Assembly (NCBI GenBank): GCA_030704615.1
Contig: CM060733.1
Location: 33,356,001 to 33,420,000 of the forward strand
DNA: 64,000 nucleotides
DNA from: Takakia lepidozioides
Taxonomy: Eukaryota; Plantae; Bryophyta
Direction: 5' to 3'
Shown: piece after piece, positions 10,249-22,343 of the stretch
Layout of the letters: every line of letters begins with the position of its first letter
Numbering within the stretch: position 1 is the stretch's first letter
Made by a program: the position numbers and the translations under genes
The notes under the pieces: model-generated
What the model was told of the DNA's origin: nothing
Databases searched by the model: none
The model's input: the letters and a program-made list of their open reading frames with translations, nothing else

Positions 10249-12533
10249 GTCTGCATCTTTTTTTTTCCTTTTTCCTCACTCCCTTCTTTTTCTCCATCCG
10301 AATCAGAGGAATCTGCCACAGGAATATCAGTACTCTTTTGCATTTCCCTTATAGTATCTGCCACTTCCTTGTGCAGTTCCTTCTCATCTTTCCAAGTCTC
10401 TTCATCTTCAGGCATATCATTGCCACTTCCATTCTCATCTTCTTCCTCTTCTACTGGAGGTATTAGTTTGGCTTTACTTCTTGTTACTATCATTGTACTT
10501 ACTTCTGGTACAACACATGGCCTAACCATGTGAGCTGCCACCACTGGGCCCTCATTCACAGGAGCTCTCATCTCATTCTGGTGTCTTATCCAGAATGAAC
10601 AGGCTGCCTTGCGATGTCCTGGCTGATTACAATAGTAACATAGATCTTCACCATTGGGTCCTCGCCCTTGGTCTGTTCTTGGATTATTTCTATAATCCTG
10701 ATTCCCGGGCTGGTAATTCCCCCTTGGATTACCCTGATAGTTGCCTCTGGAATTTCCTTGGTAATTCCCTCTTGAATTACCTCTCCCTTCCATGCCATTG
10801 TTATAACCACCAGACCTACCATAGTGGTCCTGATCATTATTTCTTCTTGGCTGGGGCTGCACCTGATGCACCCTTACTTGCCTAGGTTCTCTTGCAGCTG
10901 TCCTTCTGTTGTAGTAACAATTCTCAGTAGAATGGTTATCCATTTTACAGATAGTACAGTGTTTCTCCTTCATGTGGCATTCTGTGGTGGTATGGCCTTC
11001 ATTCTGGCACTTTGCACACCATACACCCTTCCTCCAATGTGTTGCAGCCTCTGTGGCATACTTCTTCAAGATTTCTTCCAATTTTTTTCATAGTTATCCC
11101 TCTTCAACTTCTCCTTTCTCTTACTCTTTCTTTTTAGTTCTTGCTCTTCTTCTTCATCTGACTCATCCTCAGAGTCCTCATCTTCTTTTTTCTCTCTCCT
11201 GAGCATTCCCAATTGCTCAATTCTGTTCGCAGTTTCAAATGCCTCCTCCACTGTATTATGGGGTAACATATCCACTTTCTTTTGCAACTCTGGTCTTAAT
11301 CCACTCACAAACCAAGTCTTCTGTAAACTGGGCGCTGGTACTGCAGCCAGCTTTTTCATCATCAATTCCATCTTCTCCATATACTCTTCAACAGTTTCAT
11401 GCTTCTTCTGCTTCAGCTGTTGTAAACTTCCATACACTTCATCCTCAGTTTTACTTGTCCTGAACCTATTTCGAAATGCTGTATTCAAGCCATTCCAGGT
11501 TAGGAAATGATTATCAGGGAATCTTGCATACCATTCACTTGCTTTTTGATAAGTGAACAAGGAAACAGTCTCATCTTGGCATCATCGCCATTCTCATTGT
11601 TCACTATACACATGTGCTCAAATTGGCTAATGTGTACATCGGGATCCCCTTTTCCTGAATATATTGGAAAGGGTGGTTTTGCCCGTGTTGGTTGTAACGC
11701 CATCTGTGGCCCTACCTTCTGCCCACTGACAGGTGCTGGCACCCTTGCTGGTGCTGGTCCTTCTGGACCTGTTGTTTTTGTGGTGGATCTTCCACCAAGT
11801 GGTGGCCCTTGAGCACTCCTTGCTTCTGGTCCCACGATATTCACAGTATTCCCAGCTTCAGTTGCACTACTTCCCACACTCCCTGTCCCCCAGAGCCAGA
11901 TCCAGGCAGCCCGCCTGATCCCCCTGAGCCGACACCTTCGTTGGCCTGTGATCCAAGTGCTCCACTTGATCCAGGTCCAACGGGTTGGGATGTCCTGGTT
12001 GTAGTCTCAACCTCAGCTGTTGGGTCTACTTCTTCATATTCTTCCTCTTCTAATTTCTTCTCTCTGTTTTCATCCTCCAAGTTCTGCCCTTGGGTTTCTT
12101 CTTCACTCATGTAACTCAACTGTAATGGTGTTGGAGAGTCTGAACTCTCCGTTGGCTCTGCCACATCCTCTTCTCCTTCTTCATCTTCTGCTTCAGAAAC
12201 TGGAGTTCCTGCTTTTGGTGTTCCATGCCAACTCTTATCAAAGATTTCTGTCAAGTCTTTTATCCAGGGATGTACCTCAGATCTTTCTCCTCGTGATTGA
12301 TCTTCTTCCTGTACCAATTCCCTTAATCTTTCTTGCAAAGAAACAGAAGGAGTGGCATCCAACTCTAGTTCTTCCGGTATAGGTGATGCACTTTTTGATC
12401 TTGATGGTGTGAGAGGTCCAGATGATTCCCCTATGTCTATTCCTCTCTCCCAAAGATATGGATAATTAGCTTTCAGATAGCTTTCTCTTTTTGATGAATA
12501 TCTTTGTCGTCTAGCTTCTCTTTCATCACTCAT
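10215..12533 (-). CDS. gag: Gypsy-1 gag, split over four ORFs by frameshifts
   Basis: YSGKGDPDVHISQF..KMRLFP..ASEWY, the QKKHETVEEY retrotransposon-gag motif, and CCHC knuckles CAKCQNEGHTTTEC, CTICKMDNHSTENC, CYYCNQPGHRKAAC. Confidence 0.9.
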
Positions 12534-13123
12534 GTCCCATGTCTTTCATTTCTTTTAATGTGGCAATAACCAAAACTCTCTTCTGTAATATCTCTCGTAT
12601 ATGCCTGGGTTTCTTTCAAGCTTCAATGCACCCTTGGCTATACTTGAAGTCTCCGTTACCATATAACCATATGGCATAACAAGTCTGAAAAGCTGTTCTT
12701 GGTGTGAGTTTGATCCACAAAATATCCTTTGGAATCCAATTCTTTACCAGTACAAGCTCTTCATGCATATGAGTATAAACATTCACCTTTCTTTCTTCCC
12801 AGCCTTCAAACTCTACTCGTTTAATGGATAGCAACGCTATCACATAAACTAATGTTGGTAACCAACGTGCTCTTCCTCTACAGGCTACCTGATAAATCTT
12901 TATCACTCCTTTCTCCAGACCCCATTCTGGATCAGCATCATGCACTCGTTTAAGAATATTTTCTTTACATCCGTCTGGCAATTCCAAGAACCTTTGAAAG
13001 AATTGTTTGGACAATCTTTCTTCCTTCGTTCCACAGGGAATTTGATTCACTTCAAATTCTTTAATGGTCCAACCACCATGATCCCACCAGATGCCTGTCA
13101 CATCTGGTTGTTCATGTCCCAGG

Positions 13124-13141
13124 TCCCCAGTATGGTCGCCA
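13124..13141 (-). promoter_or_regulatory. Primer-binding site of Gypsy-1, probably tRNA-Arg
   Basis: Minus strand TGGCGACCATACTGGGGA, 2 nt after the 5' LTR end (...CGACA). The tRNA identity is inferred. Confidence 0.75.
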
Positions 13142-13143
13142 AA

Positions 13144-14094
13144 TGTCGCGCGGCTTTTACTCACCCATCCCTTCGCTATTCGAGGCGGAAACTCCAAGAT
13201 TGAAGAGTTGGAAATCTCTAAGTACTCAGCCCACGCAGAACAATCAGTCATGACCTACAGCTAGTGTATCATGGGGGTGTTTCCTATTTGTTTCCCTTTT
13301 GGTATTCATGTTAACTATCTTACCATTGATAATTAAGTATCAGTTTGCTTTATCAATCTATTGGATTCCATCAACTCATCCATTCATTCCACAGCTTCAC
13401 TCAGATCTCTCTACACAGTGTGATTGTATCGTAAAAGTATCTGATTATGATTTATCAGGTATCAGGCCGACGTCATTATGTCTCTAATCTGCTCTCCAAT
13501 ATCACTACAGCTTTGCATATATCAAGCATCTACTAATCCTCTTTCCTCCTTCATCGTGCTCTCCATCTCTTGCCTCCGATCTCCGCTCCTGCCTGACTCC
13601 GAAGTCCCCCTCCGAATAATGATGATCCCCCTTCCTTCCCCGTTTCTCCCTTTATCCTCCTATCCGCGGTTCTAACCGTTTCCCTTTCTAACCGTCGTAT
13701 GTGAACTAACATGTTCCCTTCACAGGTGTTGTTCCCCACAGTCGTTCCCTGTCCTACTCTTCGTTCCCTATTATCGTGACAGCTGTGTCAAGCGGTGACT
13801 GGCTGTGTCGGGCTGTGACTGGCTGTGTGGCTGTGCCGGGCTATGACTGGCTGTGTGGGCTGTGTCTGCTGTGACGACTGTGACGGGCTGTGTGGGCTGT
13901 GTCGGCTGTGTGGGCTGTGACGACTGTGACGGGCTGTGTTGGCTGTGTGGCCTGTGACTGCTGTGTCGGCTGTGTGGGCTATGTAACCCCCCTCTACAGT
14001 GCGCTGCTGTCACCCCTAAGGCTCCTGTTGGTCTCAGTCTGTGCAAAAATTAAGGGTACCCTACAGATCCCGTATAAGTGTCTAAGTCCCCTAC
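13144..14094 (-). repeat. 5' LTR of Gypsy-1, missing ~14 bp at its outer end
   Basis: Matches 936-1896. Homology stops at ...CCCCTAC, short of the AGTCCTCTAACA end. Confidence 0.92.
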
Positions 14095-14255
14095 TCAATG
14101 GTGGGACAATGGAGACAAAAAGGCGAATGCCTGTTGGACTACAGAGAGAAGCAGATGCATTTCAGATTGTGATAAATAGGGTTGGGGTGTTTTGGGGAAG
14201 AACTCCACACCAGTATGGTTGGGGTATTTGCTGGTAGAATTCTAGGCTGTCAGAG

Positions 14256-15763
14256 GCATGGATAGCTGAAGGAGCAGGGATAGAGTGTGGGTCTAGATTC
14301 ATCCAAGAAGGCTGGATTTCAAGCTCCACATTACCTATGATTCCCTGTGGAAGGATAGCTACAAGAAACCTACATGGGTAGATGGTCAACTAGAAGCGGC
14401 AGCAGCAGCGGCACAATTGATAAGGTCAGGCACTTCTACTGAAGGCACCTCCTTCAGCACATTTCACCCTGTTTTTCCCTCTTATCCGTTTCTTGCGAGC
14501 TGTCTTCTCTTATCTGTTTGTCTGCCCAGTCTTCAGTGAATGCGTCAAGGCTTTGTGTTTTGGCTTCTTCCTCGCTTTTGTCACCCTCTCCCATGAATAT
14601 CTCTGGTTGGCGCTCAAACCCTGCTGAGCTGTAGATGTTGTCCATGCCAATGCATTCTTCTTCACCAAATCCATGTTTTTGCTCTAAATCCTTGATGTCT
14701 TGGCTGGATTTCTGCAGAATAGGCATCCCATCCCCTATTTTGGCCTTCTTTGCACTTCCCCGTGTCAACATGTTGATGTGGGGTGTTGTTGTAGTCTTAT
14801 TGGAGTATGATCACTTATATGGTATATCTTGTCCGACTCATCCAGTGCCTCCAGCTCATTATGAGTGAACTGACATGATACTTGTGCTGTTGGTTGCATC
14901 ATGTACTCCGTGCTTGGCAATGGGTAAGCTTCTCCTCCTTCCACGTACTCATTGATCACTGCAAAAGGTACTCCATACATCTTCCCTTGAGGTCCTGCCC
15001 ATTTTTTTGCTTCTGTGATTGTTTCAACTTTGCTAAAAGTTTGCCAAGACCCTGTTGGGTTAGTGTGTGACGACTGTGTCTCATGTTATTATAGATTTTA
15101 GACAGCGTTCTTTGTTTGGGCCTTCTAATGCCTTGTCTGATGGACTTAGGTTTGTCAAAATCGACTTGTATCCACTCTGCTTCCATGTTGTTGCTATCAG
15201 CAGCTTGTTCTTTTGTCAGCTGAACCCCGACAGGGCCTGGGTCTTCCTTTCTGCCCGCATCAGAGCATTTCACAATGTCTGTAGTTGCTTCATCCTTCCT
15301 CAACTCCGCCCTCTCTTTGGCAGGTTGCGCACCTTCACCACCTTTGTTGTTTTTTAATTTGCACATGGTATCTGCTGCTTGCGTATCCTCATTGTAGTAT
15401 TGAATATGCCCTGTAGGCATTGGCCTTAAGTACAAAGCCATTGTGCTCACTCTGGGTTTGGGTCATAGAACTTGGTTGTCATTGTCAGCTGCTAGCAGCA
15501 AGGCGAGGATGTATGCATGATTTGTGAAGGGGCATGGATAGATGAAGGAGCAGGGATAGATGTGTGGGTCCACATTCATCCAAGAGGGCCGGATTTCAAG
15601 CTCCATATTACCTATGATTCCCTGTGGAAGGATAGGTACAAGAAACCTGCATGGGTAGATGGTCAACTGGAAGCCGCAGCAGCAACGACACAATTGATCA
15701 AATCAGGCACTGTTAATCAAGGCACCTTCTTCAAAACATTTCACCCTGTTTTTCCCTCTTATC
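14256..15763 (+). repeat. Diverged ~230-bp direct repeat pair (14256-14486 and 15532-15763) inside the CACTA element
   Basis: GGCATGGATAG..GAAGGAGCAGGGATAGA...TTACCTATGATTCCCTGTGGAAGGATAG...CATTTCACCCTGTTTTTCCCTCTTATC occurs twice. Confidence 0.85.
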
Positions 15764-16644
15764 AAATCGGCTGTAAGTATTGCACTGTTTAACAGGGTCC
15801 TTGATTCTAGTAGCACCAGAACAAACTAGTATTACAACAATTCAGCCCAAGTGTGGGCTTGCTTATTTTTTGCTTACTGGACCTTTTCAGGCATGGATTT
15901 CTGGACCTTGTGGCCTTTGAGGTGTCCATTGGGACATTGGTCTCATTTGGATTTTTGTAATATAATTTACAGGGCGTGTATTTCCTTGTACTTGTCTATT
16001 TTGAATGTCCTTGTGGTTGCTAGTATGCAAGAGGGGTCCATTCTGTTTTTATATCAGAATTTCACCATATAATAAAGAATTTAAATCATTTAATCTATTT
16101 TTATTTTATATAACATTATTAAATTAAACAATAATACCATTTAATAAAAAATTCCAAGCTGCTATCCCCTGTTTTCAAAAATAAAATATAAATTTAAGAA
16201 TTTAAAATTACAAATATAACTATTAAATTATTTTCAGAGACATTCTTGATGACACGTGGCATAAACCCTGCCATATATGCTAGTCATATATTATGTCTAA
16301 GTGCCACATGTCACATCTGAAGTGCAACAGGTGTCATGACGTGTCGCTTGCGCAGTGGTGCACGTGTTCCTCTAAAGCCTCTCCATGTAGGCAACGCTCA
16401 TCAGACAATGTAGTCATATAGTTAGTCGTATGTAAGTCATAGAGTTGTAACTACATCACTCTCTTATACATGACTCCAGGTGCCACGCACGCAGTCACGG
16501 CTATGACTTGCAAAATGCAGTCCTAAAGACTAGTCGCTATGACAGGGTTTTTTTCACTATAGAGTGATGTAGCCATGAACGCATATAGGACTGAAAAAAT
16601 AGTCATATGTGCAGTCATAAAAACGTTCATCTGTTGTAGTGGTA

Positions 16645-18327
16645 TCCACCCGGATGGCGCAGCACTTCCCTCGAAATGCCGACAATGTCCTTGCAATTCT
16701 CCACTGTGACTCTGACACTCTTGTCTCTACAATGGGAATGTTGTACTGCTTTACTACAGATGGCTTGTTATGTTGCCCGGACACGTGCCCTGTGCTCAAA
16801 GGAGATGGCGATCTTGAACGTGCAGGACTTCGTCAAGTCTTCGTCTCACTGGGCGGGTATGAACATCTCTTTCCAAATGTTGGCCTCTTCGAAGCAATGG
16901 CATGTCCCCAAGGCCCTCTCGCAAGGCCGCCGCCCACTTCCGAGGATTCTTCGATCTGGAGGCAGTCTGCATCAGCATTTCCTGCCTGTCCGACCCCAAG
17001 CCCCACTGTTTCCCTTTCAAGAACTCGTTGTACCTGCATTGCTGCATAATTGACCTCACAATGTCCTCCGCTGTGGCAGTGAGGATGTCCACCAGATGCG
17101 CCGCAGAGGAGGCACGCCAGGAATAATGCACTGATTTGGCCATGTTTGTCGTGGGCATGTCGGTGTCGGAGTCGAGACACATTGCCTGCATAAGCACATG
17201 TTGACGTTACAAGCAAGTTACAAATAATGCCAAGAATAATATTCAACGGGACGCGAATTCGTGCAACTCACCTCCCGCATATAGTCGCCGAATTGGAGGA
17301 AACGATAATGTCACCATGCTAGCCAACTGACCATTGCTCCCTCGTCTGATTTCCTTACAGCACCTGACGATGTCCATCAAGCCCGTATACATGCAAACTG
17401 TGTCTCTGCATCATCCAAGGTGGGAGCGCGCTTCCTCGCAAGACACATGGAACGGTGCTCCTCTCTGAAATCTGGCGCCACGAGCCTAGTTGTGTACTGC
17501 GAAAGGCTCTGCAGAAAATGGAACCCACAAGATCTCTCCTTGCCTTCCATGGGAACATTGGGGTCTTGCCCGTACACCCTTCGGATGGCAGCCCAATTTG
17601 CTTGTGCGTTGTCCACCATGAAACCACGGAAATTGGGAAGGGGCAATCCCGCCTTGGCCATCTGTTCATTTATTCCGTGCCAAAGAAGCATCTCCGATTG
17701 TGTGTCCTCTCCTTTCATCTCACAAATAGCAATTGTCATGCAGTGGGTGTCGTAGACATGTGCACCCATTGTCACCCACTGGTGATTTGTAATTTGCTTG
17801 ATATGGTCGAACATGACCCAACTGTTTGACAAGTCCCCACTCGTCATCCTGTCAACCAGTTGGACGCCGCTGCCAGGTTCAGACGTGGACATTTTGAATA
17901 CGAAACAACGATCTGCCTCAGTCCTTTGTCTTGGAAACCTACTTCCATGAATGTAGTCATATCCACATCGTCGCTTCACCTCCAGAATGGAGTGCATATC
18001 CGAGCCACGCCCAATTTTCTGTTTGCATGAGACAATGTGGTTTCAGACACTCGGTGAACAGACGTGGGACACCGATTCCAGCAATGCCTCCATTTTCTTG
18101 TCATCGAGAGGAACTCTATCGGAGCCGTCTTCCGACATAATTCTGGCCAATGCCATCTTATGGGCGGCTTGGAGCTGTATCTGTTTGGGTTTGGCACCCG
18201 GTCTCAACTTAATCTCCTCCTGAACGAGCTGCTCTGCCTCGTGGGCAGCCTCCCGTGAGTTCCCCCTCGCCAATTTGTGACAATGGCCAACGTGTATGCA
18301 AGCTTGGGTGAGGTCAGGGAAACGGTG
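16645..18327 (-). pseudogene. MULE-A Mutator-like transposase, central/3' part (continues beyond the CACTA element, outside the window)
   Basis: MULE core WVMFDH..HVYD..FMVDNAQANWAAIRRVYG..CGFHFLQSL. Colinear with the transposase at 48311-51381. Confidence 0.85.
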
Positions 18328-18682
18328 TGTCAAGTTAAATAAGCACAGTGTGAAAACAGTTAGAATAAAACTAGTTATTTGTATTTAACACTTGGATTTA
18401 GGTCAAGTGTTAAATCAGGTGTCAAGTTTAGTTTGACACCTGGTCCGTCTTATCTTCACGAGAGCGGCAGTCGCGCAGCTCATCTCTCTCGAGTTGAGCC
18501 TACGCGACCGAGCTCCTTCATGCGTTTAGATTTGAGTGTGCTTATGATGGGAGTGTAGGTTGTTGTGGGGTGGAGTCCCCATAGCTTGGGGTGCCTCTGG
18601 CTCGACTTCTGTTTTGAAGAGTGATAGTGATGGATTCATGTTGTTTCTGGTGTGAGCAGTGTGTTTTCTAGTTTTCTTATCA
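18328..18682 (+). repeat. LTR segment B1
   Basis: 18328-18680 matches 30025-30377 with 6 transitions by my count. Ends ...TTCTTATCA. Confidence 0.93.
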
Positions 18683-18694
18683 CTCGAGAGAGAT
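18682..18694 (+). promoter_or_regulatory. Putative self-priming primer-binding site
   Basis: ACTCGAGAGAGAT at the PBS position is the exact reverse complement of ATCTCTCTCGAGT at 18482-18494 inside the LTR. No TGG tRNA-type PBS is present. Confidence 0.75.
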
Positions 18695-21078
18695 CACCGT
18701 TATCTAGTGTGCTGATTCTAAGCTAGATACAATGTTTGTTTTAGCATTATTATAATATATATCTTGGGGCGGGAGTCCATTTGGCCCTGTTGTTTCCATG
18801 GGCTGTGCGCGCAGATTTAGTTGTCGTCTCTACTCGTGAGTTTGAAAACCAAGAGGTGTGGAGGTTGAAGACGTTGATAGTTGGCTTCCCTACTCTCTTT
18901 CACTTGGACGGAGGGAGATGAGACTTGTGTAAGCTGGATCACGAAGCTGGATCACGAAGTGCAAACAGTTTGGGGTGGCGTCATCCCTGGTTGTGGTGGC
19001 TTCCTCTAGTGGAGGTGCTGCTGCTGCACCTGCCAGAGAAAAGGAGAAAATGCGCAGGAGTGTCGAGACGAAGTATGCAGACATAGGCAGTGAAATGAGA
19101 GGCCTGGCAGAGTGGATTGAGAGTTGGTTGCAATCTCCTTAGTGAAAGAAAATTTAATTTGCCGTGGAGACACAAGATGGTGGAGGTGGCATGGCGATGT
19201 CTGTGAGCTCGGAGTTGGCACAGTGTGGAGCATTGTGCTTCATCTCTGTCGGACGTTGTGTCCTCTTTACTGATGCAGCTTTGACGACGGAGACTCAAGT
19301 GTCTGGCAATCCATTTCTTCTTGCTTGCACTTCCTGCGTTTCCTCTTTGCGATTGCGCGTCCTATGATGGAATGGCGGAGAAGGTGATGTAAGAGAAGTG
19401 TGGAGGTGTGGGACTCGGGGGCAGCAAGGGAGTGAATGCTAATTGGATGGAGGCAGTCACAAGAAGGAAGCGCGGTAGAGTGCCTGGCAAGGTCGTGGCA
19501 ATGCTGCCCAGTGCCTGCTCTCTGCAAATGCTGAGCGTTCATTCTTGAGCTTGAAACTGGGGTCGTGCTTCAACTTGCATGTGAGAAAGTAAGGAGGAGT
19601 GGGAAGAGGAGCTTGCTGCCTGGCTGGGTCGCGGTGCATTGCTTTGGTACAGCGGAGAGAGGTAGTCCGGGGATGCCAGCATGTCAAAAGCCTTTTCAAT
19701 CTTACCTTGCAACCTGATCCCGGAAGCCATCTCCATAACAAAGGCCCTGTTGTCCTTGAGCAGCGCAATCCCGTCAGTGGTCGGGTTCAGCAGCTCAACT
19801 GCCCGATTCGGGGTCGACGTTCAAGCCCTTTTGAAGCTGGTTCCATGTCCAGCGCATGCTGTTGGAGCACCTGGTAGCCCATCTACAATTGCAGTGGGGG
19901 CTGAGAGCTAGTGCCTTCGAGGATTGGCTGACGTTCGTTCATGGGGGAAGGAGAGTGTGGCAAGCTCTACAGATGCAAAGGTTTAGCGAGGAGATGGCGA
20001 TGGCTTCCGACGCAAGTGAAAGACTAAGAAGGTTTAAGGAGATTTGCTAATAAAGTGCAAATCGCAGCCTGGTGGAGTGAATGCTCTACCTAATATCTGC
20101 CAGACTTGCGCATACTCTGGATTCCGTGGTCGCTCCTCATCTGTGGGAGACTGGAGTGTGTGTCTCGGGTTCCTGTCCCGGCGGTCACGGGTATGCTACC
20201 AGGAGTTTGCTTCTCAAATATAAAAATGAAGGTGGCGAAGTATGTGCCTGCAAGTCGGTGATTGTCCCTCTCTCGATCTGACCAGCCAGGATTCAAGGGC
20301 GGCTTGTTCTGACCCCACTGTCTCGCCTTCTGTCTCTCTGGAAGACGCGGCCTGGTCTTCTTCACAGGCAAAACTTGGAAACAATGGTGGACTTCCAATT
20401 GATTGCATTTCATGGGGCGATCGTTGGTGGTCACCATCTGGTCTCGTGCGGACTTGGTTTGGAGTGCCTGGTCGTCAGCGAAGTGTTGCTCGTCAGGGAT
20501 GTGCATGTCGCTGACTCCTTCGTCCCCTCTGATTAGGTCCAACCTGGCAGAGCAGAGCAGAGCCTAAACTGAGCAGAGCCTTCGTCTTTGTTGCTCACCC
20601 TGGTCGTATCCTGTTTCACTAGAGTGTAGAGGTTGAGGGAAGCCTATGGGGTGCTAAGCCTGTCGAGCAGGGGTGTGTACTGGTGATACGAGCGTGGGTC
20701 AGGGAGCTACTTGGTTCAAGTGCAAAGGATCAAAGCCCTGGAGTCAGCATAGTCGGGGAACGGCCTCGGGAACCCGTAGATAACCAGGGAACAGGGAACC
20801 AAGACAAGTATTAAAAAAAAAAAAAAAAAAAAAAATGTTATGTTTAAAGAGCCTGGTTGGTCATATCTTTGTCAAATGAGCTCCGTTTGACTCAGTTTTT
20901 GGGGGGATAGCTGCAAAAAGGGGAAATCTACATATCTAAACCTGGTTTCTGTTTTTGGGACTCTGCTAAAAATCTATGGAATTTTTAGAGTGTGAGTGTG
21001 CCATGAAAGATCCACAATCCTGTCTCTAGAACCTGTGCTGGTCTATATGAGAGACAAATCTGTGGATGTACTCCTTGC

Positions 21079-21703
21079 ATGGCTGGGGGAAATGAGGACG
21101 TAATTGAAGGGCAGGTCTCTTCTCTTAGCCTGTGCACACAAGGGGACAGGATTTATGTTTCCCAAGGAACTCAGACTGATTTGAGTGGAGAACAGTTGGA
21201 CGAGTTGATTGCATACTGGGAGTCAGGCATTAGCAGTAGACAACAGACTGCTGTAGTTGGCATTGAGGGCCTCAATATCGCCTTGGACAGTCAGAACTCT
21301 GTTGGAGCCAGCAGTTCTGCAGCTGTAGGTGAAATACCAAAGTGGGTGAAAGCTAGGCTTGGAACACAGCCAAAGACAGCCCCGGGGACCAAGGTGTTCA
21401 GCCACAAGGCCGTGGTGTACTGGAGCAGAGGAGCAGGAAGCTACACAGTTTGTGCAATCAACATGGTTGCAGCCGGATACGCTCTGCACAGGGCAACCAC
21501 GAGCGGGGTTCATTAGCAATGACAAGTTTGTTCTGCTTGAAGGAGATGCAGTCATTCGCAATGAGGACACCCGCAACCGTCTCAAAGCTTTCGAGTTGAG
21601 ATACTATCAGACCCTACCTTTGTTTTCTTTAGTGTTCAGTGAGCGGGAGATAGGGGAGTATTGCTTTGTCTCTACCTGGCAGAAAGAGGAGGAGGTTGGT
21701 TAG
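21079..21703 (+). CDS. Possible extra ORF upstream of gag (frameshifted), unknown function
   Basis: Two overlapping ORFs (145 and 114 aa) with protein-like composition in the ~3.7-kb 5' region. No recognisable motif. Confidence 0.35.
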
Positions 21704-22343
21704 AGCGAGCTACTGTAGCTTGGGACAAGGTTAGTGGCAGGTTTCTGGACATAGATATACCTCCTACACCTTACCATCATGCAGAGCGAGGCACTTTGAG
21801 AGAAGTCTGGCAGTTGATAGCATAGATCAGGATTAGATCTGCTTGGTCGGGCTTCTATTCTTCCCCTCCATCTCTGTACTATTTTTCATTACCTTGTACT
21901 TGTAGTTGCCAAAGCCTCTCTTGGTGGAGGCCAGTCAGTCCGGGGTTTTGGGCTGGGATATTCTGCAGGATCAGCATTGCAGCTGGATTTTGGTGTGGGG
22001 GTGTTGATGTTTGATTTCTTGTGTTTGGATCCCCCCCAACACCTGCATGCTTGACTGTGCGCCATGTTGGTTTTGTGTGGGCGCTTGCTTTCATAGGGAT
22101 TAGGCCGGATTTGATCACCGGTCAATCCTAGAGTATGCTGTCGGTGGTGAGGCTGGAGTGATGACCAGCAAGACCACCAGTGTTTCTTCTATGGTGAGGC
22201 TGGGTTGATGACCAGCCAACCATAGGAGTTCTTGCGGTGGATGCAGGTGCAGGTGCCCTGAGCCATTGGGATATGACCCTTAAACTGCAACAGGTGCCCA
22301 CCCGTGTCACTATTAGATTAGTACTAGAGCCTTATAGTGTCAC

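Larger units (their letters stand above)
936..14094 (-). mobile_element. Ty3/Gypsy LTR retrotransposon (non-chromovirus, Phygy/Selgy/Athila-like) with an extra 3' ORF
   Basis: Two near-identical LTRs, PBS, PPT, and gag-PR-RT-RH-INT order on the minus strand. No chromodomain. No TSD because the outer end of the right LTR is truncated. Confidence 0.95.
8..16641. mobile_element. Non-autonomous CACTA (En/Spm) DNA transposon with a nested LTR retrotransposon
   Basis: Left end CACTACAAGAGATGAGCGTTTTTAGGACTAC (8-38) matches the reverse complement of 16611-16641 (CACTACAACAGATGAACGTTTTTATGACTGC) at 27/31 positions. 3-bp TSD GTA at 5-7 and 16642-16644. TGACT/AGTCA-type subterminal motifs at ~30-320 and ~16270-16620. 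No transposase ORF inside. Confidence 0.93.

Noticed and set aside
8357-12533. Programmed frameshifting or true decay of Gypsy-1 gag-pol
   Set aside because: There are too many shifts for near-identical LTRs and several lie at homopolymer runs. Sequencing indels are at least as likely, and this cannot be resolved without reads.
12616-13251. Extra 5' gene of Gypsy-1
   Set aside because: The ORF starts inside the LTR, runs through the PBS and has no recognisable motif.
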